Assembly: GCA_964016885.1 (NCBI GenBank)
Contig: OZ024741.1
Location: forward strand, 55,428,001-55,492,000
Length of the DNA stretch: 64,000 nt
Reading direction: 5' to 3'
Source of the DNA: Eledone cirrhosa
Lineage: Eukaryota
The translations under genes were made by a program, and so were the position numbers. Positions 54,747 through 64,000 of this stretch are shown here, piece by piece (position 1 is the stretch's first letter; each line of letters opens with the position of its first letter). The notes under the pieces are model-generated. The model did not search any database and was not told the origin of the DNA. It saw only the letters and a list, made by a program, of their open reading frames with translations.

Positions 54747-57700
54747 ATGACCTCATTCAGAATAGGCAGCATAAATGCGCGTGGCTTGGGGTCGTCATGG
54801 AAGCAGGGCCACCTGCTCAACGACCTCAGGTCACTAAACATAGATGTAGTGGCCATCAGCGAGACCAGAATCTCCGAAGCACAGGCTTTCGCACCGATCT
54901 TCGGCGGCTACGATGTGTACGCATCTCCCAGCCGTCCGGGATCGGGGGGAGGAGTTGCTGTGCTTTTTCGGAGAGGTTTGGATCTTGCCATACGGGCCAT
55001 CTTCCTGGACCCAGAAGGTAAGTTGGTGGTGCTGGACGTGACCAGCGGAGACGGGCAAGCTTTCAGGTTAGTGGCCGTCTATGCCCCGACAGGAGCAGGG
55101 CGGCCTGATTTCTTCCGGCGTCTGGAGACCTTTCTTGGAACGTCCCGCTCTTTAGTGTTAGTGGGCGACTGGAACGGGATCTTAGATGCACGCTGGGATT
55201 GTGTGGGATTAGTGGATAGGGAAGGAGGGTGCAAGAGTCTCACCAACCTGCTCAGACGTTTTGAACTGTCTGACAGGTACCGAATGGATTTCCCGAATGT
55301 ACCAATGTGGACTTGGACAAATCGCATAGGGTCATCCAGATCATATCTAGATAGAGTATTTTGTAGGGAAATAGATAGGTCTAGCATAGGCTGTCCACAA
55401 TTCAAGATAGTCAGCTACACGGACCACAAATTCGTGATCTGTGTGCTTGACTTAGATAGGCTTCATAGACAAGGACCCGGCTACTGGAAGCTAAACGCGT
55501 CCTTACCAGTGCGCAAGGCCTACAGAGACCGGATTAGCGAACTAGTTAAGCGGGCGTTGACGGGGGCCATCGTCTACAACAAGTGGTGGTTTGCTCTGAA
55601 AAGAGCAATTAGAATAGAGTCCATTAGGTTTAGTAAGACTTTAGCAATAGAGAAAAATAGAGCAGAGGGAGAATTAGTTAGAAAATTAGATGAGGCGCTT
55701 AGCAAAGGCATCGCGACCGACGTACTTGCGGCGAAATTGGCCCTTGACCAATTCTTCAATGCAAAGCACGAAGGCTGCGTTGTCAGAGCTAGGGTGCGTG
55801 CTCTCAGACACGAGGAGACGAAAGCCGTTCAATGGGCCCGAGTGGCGGAGGCGCGTCGTGGCAACAAAGCCACGATCCGGTCTTTGGTGGACCACGACGG
55901 GCGCATGCTACTCGATCCCGGGAAAATGTGTGAAGCTTTTCAGCGACACTTCGCTCAACTGTTCGGGGGCAGTGGCGGGCCGGATCGAGGGATGGACTTT
56001 AGTGTCTACCTCGACGGACTGCCGCGGCTTTCGGTCACTGAGGCGGAGTGTTGCGAAAAGCCGATAACAACCGCTGAAGTACGGGATGCAATGACTAGTT
56101 GCACAAGGGGTAAATCGCCTGGTTTGGATGGTCTGCCCTATAAACTTTACGTACAAATGCCAAACTTGTTCGGAGGCCTCTTGGCGGACGTCTACTGCAA
56201 CTGGCAACAGAACGGGTGATTCCCAGCTCTGTGAGCCGAGGAGCGGTGGCGCTGCTGAGAAAGGATCCGAACAAGGGGGATAACATAGATAATTTTAGGC
56301 CCATAACTCTGCTAAACACAGAGTTCAAGATTTTGGCCAAGGTGCTAGCAAAGAGGTTGGCGCTTGTCGTTGGTGGTCTGGTGGGAGAGGCACAGACATG
56401 CGCCATTCCCGACAGATCCATCCACGACAACCTCCACCTCATGCGATACATCGTAGAGAGGGTAGCTAGGGAACGTGGCACGGGTGGGTCTTTGATCAAT
56501 TTAGATCAGTCGAAAGCCTTCGATAGGGTCGACCATCGTTACCTAACGGCAGTCCTGAGGGCGGCTGGCTTTGGGCCTGTCTTCAGAGGCTGGATCGCTG
56601 CCATGCACAGCGACATCTGCTCTGTAGTGAGAGTGAACGGTCACCTTTCGGAACCGTTCAACATCATGCGCTCGGTCCGCCAAGGATGTCCCCTCTCGTC
56701 CCTCTTGTACGTATTGACTCTCGAGCCATTACTGCACAAACTGGAGACGTTGAGGGGGGTCCCGCGCGAACTAGGATGCGGAAGATCCGTGTCAGCATAT
56801 CCCGACGATGTCACCGTAGTGGTGTCGAACGCCAAACACATCGAGGCGATCGGCACTACACTAAGAGAATACGAAGCGGTGACAGGAGCAATGATCAACC
56901 AGGAAAAGTCAGTGGGCCTGCAGCTCGGCACCTGGAGAGGCAGGTCCATGCCGTCCAACAGCGTCGTCGGGCGCTGGACGGACGGACCGGTTAAATTGCT
57001 AGGGGCCTGGTTCGGTCCAGACCTCCAGACGGACAAAAACTGGGACGAGGTGACGAGCAGGGTGGCTTCTCTCACCCAGAAATGGGCCGAGAGGAAGCTA
57101 TCCCTGAAAGGTCGAGCGGAGGTGGCGAATGCGTACATCGCATCCGTCATCTACTACCGCCTGACCGTTGTACCTTGTCCTAAGCCCCCCCTGACTGCGC
57201 TGGAGCGTTTGCTCTTTCGCTTCTTGTGGAAGGGACGCGCTCCGATGGTCAGGCGGTCCATCTGCTGTCAACACCCGCTACGTTGAGGGCTGGGCATGCC
57301 GTGGCTGATGATGCGCAGACACGCGCTCAGGCTACGACATCTCCACCTCTTCCTCGGCGGTGATCAGGTGTGGTCGCCGTTTGCAAGACACGTTTTTCCC
57401 CAGCTCGTCTCCTTGACGGAGCTGCAGTCCTGGGTCAAGCGAAGACCGAGAGGGAGCGCTTGGAGACTGGAATGTCTTCAGGCGCTCACAGCCCTCGACC
57501 AATCGGGCAATGTGATCGGTGGAAACTCCACCTTGGCGTTCTATAGGGGATTAGTGGAGGGGAAGAGCGACGACGTACTTGGAGAAACTCTAGGCGTCGA
57601 CGAAAATCAACTAGCCAATCTCTTCGGAAGGACTTTCGGGCCGGGGCCTATGGACAACTTCCAGAAATCCCTTGTCTGGCAGTGCTACCGAGGAGCTTTG

Positions 57701-58165
57701 CCAGTTCGGGATAAACTCTACAGGCATGGAGGTGCCGTCAGCCGGGCATGTCCGAGATGCGCGCAGGGCGACGAAACCGTCCTGCACGCACTCGTCCAGT
57801 GTCCGAGCATTGCTGACTTGTGGGTTTATGTCGAACACCTGCTGTCACGTGTAGGACGGATCCAGCTATCAGCTGAGTCCATCGTGAGGATTGCCCCGCC
57901 CCCTTCCTTTAGCCTGGAAGGGCAGGCAGTTTTTATCTGTCTGGTGGCCATGGCGAAAGAGATAGTATGGTGGACACGTTTGAAAGGGCTGAAGACGAGC
58001 ACTTACCTCTTCGGTGATGCCCTGATTAACTTTTTCAAATTTCATTTGAAAAGGAAAATCAGGGTAGAGAAGGAAGTGCTCTCTTCCCAGCATTTTGTTG
58101 AAAGATGGGTGAGAGAAGCAAGTATGGCCCGAATGAATGGGCCTTCTCTGAGTATGTGTCTGTAA
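54747..58165 (+). pseudogene. Tx1 ORF2 (APE-RT-zf), disrupted
   Basis: Near-identical to 48840-52258. Frameshift near 56216, stop at 57284-57286, catalytic motif YPDD. Confidence 0.93.
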
Positions 58166-58407
58166 ATTAAAGGTGGAAAACTGGGAGAGGGCACTTGCCC
58201 TGGTGGTCAGGGCCACTGTGGTCTTTTAATGGGCTTTCTCCACAAATGTCCCTTGGAAGTCTCCCCCCTATTGGGGAATTTTTCTTTGTTATTTTATTTC
58301 AACCTCTGTTTTTTTACACGCAGAAATGCCCATTTGTACCGTCCTGTATTGTCCTGTACTGTCCTTAATGTCTACTTTATGTGAACCCTTGTGGTCAATA
58401 AAGAAAA

Positions 58408-58444
<37 letters not shown>

Positions 58445-58532
58445 GTCGTTGTTATTATTGTCGTTATTATGTTGTTTTTTTTCGTTTTTTTTTCGTGCAA
58501 TGGCCATACTCAATAACGAGGAGTCTGCCATC

Positions 58533-58577
<45 letters not shown>

Positions 58578-58726
58578 TGTGTGTGTGTGTGTCTGTGTGT
58601 GTGTGCGTGTGTCTGTGTATGTGTGTGTGTGTGTGTCTGTATGGTTCAGTAGATCCGTGGTTTACTGACGAAGATGCAAACACTTCATGCTACGGCAGAG
58701 TGCATATATTAAAAACTAAAGGTTTC

Positions 58727-58879
58727 AATTAAGGTCTTTTGTTTGTAATATATAGGTATGTTATAATTAAGGTCTTTTGTTTGTAATATATAGGTATGTT
58801 ATAATTAAGGTCTTTTGTTTGTAATACATAGGTATGTTATAATTAAGGTCTTTTGTTTGTAATATATAGGTATGTTATT
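58727..58879. repeat. 38-bp tandem repeat x4 (AATTAAGGTCTTTTGTTTGTAATATATAGGTATGTTAT)
   Basis: Period 38. Confidence 0.9.
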
Positions 58880-59326
58880 ATCAAACACCTGAGCCTGATG
58901 ATCCGTTGTTTCAAGCAAAGTCTGTCTCTGCACGTAACAACCAAACTCCATATTTTCATTGGTTTAGGGTGTTTGTCGGTTCCTCATAAATAGGATACCC
59001 ATATCCTTGCTTCTCGCTGTGCAGTAGTTTAGAGCGGATTCTTCATCCTTGGACAACTTCATCTTCATCCATCCACCCACAACCCCTTAATTCCTGGTGG
59101 CGCTGTAGTGGCACTTTCTTCGGCATTTAAACTTTGTGGAGATCAATCACTCTCCAGGCCGGAACACAATCGATGTCTTCAAGAGAAATAAATAGAGGAA
59201 TAATCAACCCAAGTTTATTTATCGTCCCGAAATGGCTGAAAGACAAAAACAACCTCCGCCAGGGCTGTGGAGAGACCACCAATATGATTGACTGACTTGT
59301 CATTTTATCAGTCAGATCTTCTAATG

Positions 59327-59377
<51 letters not shown>

Positions 59378-59736
59378 TTCAACATATACTTTTATTGATT
59401 TGTGTATGTCATTCTGCATTCAAATTTCTTCAATCTATACTGTTTTAAAGCTGTCATTCATCTGTATATTGTCTTACCAAACTACTAGGTCATGCACTTT
59501 CACAAGCTTAGTATGGCTACAGGTTTAGTTATTTGACCTAACAATTATTATATCAGTATATCGATAAGTTACACTGCTCGAAAAAATTTACTTTTTTCTG
59601 CTGATCTAAGTTTGCGACTGTTGAGTTTAAAAATCACAATACTTTTTGCTATCACGTGGTGGAATAGTTAAAAGCGATGGCTACTCTACAGTATGGTCCA
59701 CATGAATGGAGACTCTTTATAGATAGAACTGTTCCA

Positions 59737-59966
59737 CACACTTTTTGCTGACTTAGGTTTTGCAGTTGTTTTTAGCTAATTTGGAGATCCTGGTTTCAAA
59801 CATAGCATCTATTTCCCCCTAAAATATCAGGTTTCATTCTATAACATATAGATGTGTTATAGAATGAAAACCTGATGTCTTGGGGGGAAATGGATGCCAT
59901 ATTTGAAACCAGGACCTCCAAATTAGCTAAAAACAACTACAAAAAGCTAAGTCAGCAAAAGGTGTG
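59737..59966. mobile_element. 230-bp imperfect palindrome, MITE/fold-back DNA element
   Basis: CACACTTTTTGCTGACTTAG.. / ..CTAAGTCAGCAAAAGGTGTG, centred near 59851. No HHR found. Confidence 0.65.
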
Positions 59967-59987
59967 TTCACCAGATCTATCTATCTA

Positions 59988-60103
<116 letters not shown>

Positions 60104-60121
60104 GATAGATAGATAGATAGA

Positions 60122-63100
60122 TATATTTCTATTTATTGCCACGAGGGCGCAAAAGGAAGGGATAAATACAAGGGGGGGGGGGGGGTACACAAACAGGCGA
60201 GTAAAGAAAACAAATAACAAATATAGAACAAATAACAAATATAAAATTAACAATAAAGTCCTCAATAAAGTCCCCCTCGAAAAAAGTGTGCAACCCTTCT
60301 CTTCAGGGGCACAGAGAGAGGGTGCTCCCTCGTTCATTCATCTTTTCCACCTACAGGCTGATGTGGAGAGAAAGGCAATTCACATGGGCCATTCTTGCCA
60401 CTTTCACCCACCTTTCATAAAAACGACTGGGGTGGAGCACCTCTCTCTCCATCCTGATCCTTCTTCCGAAATAATATCGGAAGAAACGGATCAGTTGTTG
60501 GCCAGAGAGAAAAGTGCCTGACCTCAGTCCTTTCAGACGCGTCCACCATACAACCTCTTTCACCATGACTATTACGCACAGAAACACCTCCTCTCCTTCA
60601 TTTTTGAAGGGGGGGGGGCTTAATGGTTACAATGGCTTCGGTGGTCAACCGGATCGGTCCCACCCGTGAGAGCAGTCGTTCGACATAGCCCCACAGATCG
60701 GCTACGCCCGAGCAGTGTACCAATGCGTGTGCAACGGTTTCCTCGTGACACACGCATCTGGACAGATCTTTTTGGCGGGGTCCCTACGCGGGCGCCCGTG
60801 TCTGTAGAGGTTTTCTCGAACGGGTAGAGCCCCTCGGTAGCACTGCCAGGCGAGGGACTTCTGGAAGTTGTCCATAAGTCCCGGGCTGAATGTCCTACAG
60901 AACAGGCTGGCCAGTTCGTCTTCCTCCATATCTAGGGCTTCTCCGAGGGCGTCGTCGCACCTGCTGAGTACCAGCCCTCTATAGAATGTCGAGGTGGAGT
61001 CTCCACTGATAACCGGGTCCGCCTGCCAGAGGGCTGTGAGCGCCTGGGAACACTCAGTGTGCCAGGCGCCCAGTTTTCTCGGTCTTTGCTTGACCCAGGA
61101 TTGCAACTCGGTGAGTGAGACGAGTCTGGGAAAGGTTCGTCTCACAAACGGGGCCCACACCGGTTGACCGGTGAGGAATACGTGGAGGTGCCGTAGCCTT
61201 AATGCGTGTTTACGCATCATTAGCCACGGCATCCCCAGCCCTTCTTTCGAAGGGTGTTGACAGCAGATGGATCTCCTCACCAAAGGAGCCCGCTTCTTCC
61301 AAAGGAATTGGAAGAGTGCGCGCTCCATCTTGGCGAGGGTTTCCCTTGGGCAAGGTACGACGGTCAGGCGGTAGTAGATGACGGACGCTATATAGGTGTT
61401 CGCCACCTCCGCCCGACCTTTCAGGGATAGTTTGCAACTGGGCCACTTCTGGGTCAGTGCAAACACCCTGTTCGTAACCTCACCCCAGTTCTTCTCCACC
61501 TGGAGGTCTGGTCCGAACCAGACCCCGAGCAACTTACCGGGCCCTGCGTCCAGCGTCCGACGACGCCATCGGAGGGCATCGGTTTGCCCCTCCACGTGCC
61601 GAGTTGCAAACCGATCGACTTGTCCCGGTTCAGCTTAGCCCCTGTGAACTTTTCGTACTCCTCCAGTAAGGTGCCGACCGCCTCGATTTCGGAGGCTGTC
61701 GACACCATTACTGTCACGTCATCGGCGTAGGCCGACACCACTTTCCGCAATCCCGGGTCCAAAGGGATGCCATGCAACAACTCCAACTTCCGCAGTAGTG
61801 GATCGAGAGTCAACACATACAGAAGGGAGGAGAGAGGGCACCCTTGTCGGATGGACCGCGCGATTTCGAACGGCTCCGAGAGGTAGCCGTTCACCTTGAC
61901 CCTAGAGCAGATGCGGCTGCTGTGCATAGCAGTGATGCAGCCCCTGAAAACGGGTCCGAAGCCTGACGCCTCTAGCACCGAATCCAGGTAACCATGGTCG
62001 ACCCTATGAACGCCTTAGATTGATCCAAGTTGATTAGGGCCCCACCAAAGCCGGGTTCGTTCCCAACCCTCTCTATGATGTATCGCATGAGGTGGACGTT
62101 GTCGTGGATGGAGCTGGACGGGATAGCACATGTCTGCGCATCTCCCACCAGGTTGCCCACGACAAGCGCCAACCTCTTTGCTAACACCTTGGCCAAAATC
62201 TGTAACTCTGTATTTAGCAGAGTTATGGGCCTGAAGTGACTTATTTCGTCCCCCTTGTTCTCGTCCTTCCGCACTAGCGTGACTACACTCTTGGTTACAG
62301 CACAGGGAATTCTCCCGTTCTGTTGCCAGTTGAAGTAGACCGCCTCGATGAGATCGGAAACAAAGTCCGGCATAGCTAGATATAGTTCGTATGGAAGACC
62401 ATCGGAACCCGAGGATTTGCGTTTGGCGCATTGGCTCAGCACGTCCTCTATCTCAGCGGCTGAAATCGGCTCCTCGCAGGACTTCGCCTCCTCGTCCGAA
62501 AGACGCGGCAGGCCGTCGAGTTATGGACCGAAGTTGGGCAAAGTACCTTTGAAAAACCTCACACACCTGCTTAGGTTCCAGGATCGCCCGTCCATCCTGG
62601 TCTGGCAAAGATCGGATGGTGGATTTAATTCCACTCTTTGCTTCTGTTACACGGGCCCAGCTAACAGCTTTGGTCCCCTCGTTTCCTAGAGCACGTATTT
62701 TACTTCGGACAACGCAGCCTTCGTGCTTCGCGTCGAAAAACTGGCTCAAAGCCGTTCTCGACGCTAGCACTCCGGCCACGTCGCCGCTTCTAATTGCCTC
62801 TTCTACTCTATCTATCAGCTCCCTTTCCTTCTTATTCCTATCCGCAGCTAAAACCTTACTAAATTCTATCGAGACTAATCTAATCTCTCTCTTTAGAGAT
62901 ACCCGATACCTACCACCTGCTGTTGACGATCGCTTCAGTCAACCGCTCCTTAACTAACGTACTAATCCGGTCCCTGTAAGCTTTACTTGCCGGTACGGTA
63001 ATGACAAGTTCAGCTTCCAGTAAACGGGACCTTGTCTATGCGTTCTATCAAGGTTGACCATACAGGTCACTAACTTGTGGTCTGAATAGCCAACCATGCG

Positions 63101-64000
63101 CATTTCTGGACAACTTAAAAAGTCCCTGTCCTTATTTCTAACTAAGAACCTATCTAGGTACGATCTAGATTGACCGCTACGATTTGTCCAAGACCAGGTT
63201 GGCACAGTCGGAAAATCTAGTTGAAATCTATCGGCCAGGTCAAGTCGGCCGAGTAACTCCTTGAGGCTGTTACACCCCTCTCTATTAGGACATGCCCCTG
63301 TATAGTCCCAACGTGCATCCAGGATACCATTCCAGTCCCCCACTAAAAGCAGGGAACGGGGACGTCCCTAAAAAAGACTCCAGACGTTAGAAGAAGTCGG
63401 GCCGCTCTGTCCCAAAAGGGGCACATGCGGCTACCAGCCTAAAGGCTCCACCTTCACCACTGCCAAGGTGCAGCTCCACCAGTCGACCCCCTGGGTCCAA
63501 GTGAACTATCTGTGTGGCGAGACCCAGATGTTTTTGCAGTAGAACGACAACTCCACCCCCACCTCCGGGCTGACAGAGAGATGCGTGCATCTCAAAGTCA
63601 TCAAAGGTGGGGGCCAGCTGTCGCACGCTGCTGATCCGGGCCTCGCAGATAACCATCACATTTATAGATCGTGACCTGAGGTCATTTAGAAGCATTGCTT
63701 GCTTCCAAGGTGAGCCCAGGCCGCGCGCATTTAGACACCCTACTTTCAACACAGCCATGTTGGTGGTAAGGAGAAAAGGCCCTTACCTCTCTGCGTCCCG
63801 GGGAGCGGGCCGCTCAATTTCCATGAGGGTGGGGGATGGGTTGTTGGGTGGGCTGGTGGTTTGTGGAAGTGTAGGGACATCAGCGTGTTGTGGGGTTGGG
63901 GTGTTTGTAGTTGAGTGGGTGTCTGGGTAGGGGGTGGGGAAATATTTTAGGAGGACGCGGTTGATTGGCTTGGTGCAGGGGGGGGGGGGGGGGCACGTCC
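60122..64000 (-). mobile_element. Divergent Tx1/L1-clade LINE, copy 3 (ORF2 60351-63758 fragmented; ORF1 C-terminus ends at 63783 and continues beyond the window)
   Basis: LNARGLG, GDWN, SDH, FRPITLLN, QGCPLS, YADD; many frameshifts. 3' CCCTCGTGGCAATAAA abuts (AT)/(ATCT)n. Confidence 0.92.

Larger units (their letters stand above)
52531..58444 (+). mobile_element. Full-length Tx1/L1-clade LINE, copy 2, head-to-tail with copy 1
   Basis: Starts immediately after the (ATT)n tail of copy 1 and has its own (ATT)n tail. Confidence 0.93.

Noticed and set aside
46935-57854. Antisense and alternative-frame ORFs overlapping the Tx1 elements
   Set aside because: Expected shadows of GC-rich or triplet-repeat coding sequence. 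Their recurrence only reflects the ORF2 duplication.

Overview
This is repeat-dominated, AT-rich eukaryotic (metazoan) DNA with no recognisable host gene. The SINE consensus resembles octopus SINEs as I recall them, so a cephalopod origin is an inference. 1-34 kb holds (AT)n/(CA)n/(GA)n microsatellites studded with Penelope-like element (PLE) fragments and fold-back mini-elements. These carry about 13 type I hammerhead ribozyme (HHR) motifs from about 9 unrelated sequence families, including a non-coding 483-nt retrozyme-like monomer. The same region has tRNA-derived SINEs, a CRE-like RLE fragment, a 38-bp minisatellite and a 7.6-kb array of 23-bp satellite units. 34-58 kb is a stack of three R4/Dong-like (RLE) LINEs on the minus strand and two full-length Tx1/L1-like LINEs on the plus strand, mostly joined by (ATT)n tracts. 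60-64 kb holds a third, divergent Tx1-like element on the minus strand. The most notable observations are these. (1) The ORF1 stop codon of all three Tx1 elements lies inside a 5' splice-donor consensus, and in two of them a 52/53-nt GT-AG intron would fuse ORF1 and ORF2 in frame. (2) The two tandem Tx1 copies share a near-identical ORF2 but have strongly diverged ORF1s and 5'UTRs. (3) There is a retrozyme-like monomer, and fold-back junctions cluster at ribozyme motifs. All structures were read by eye; no folding or database search was run.
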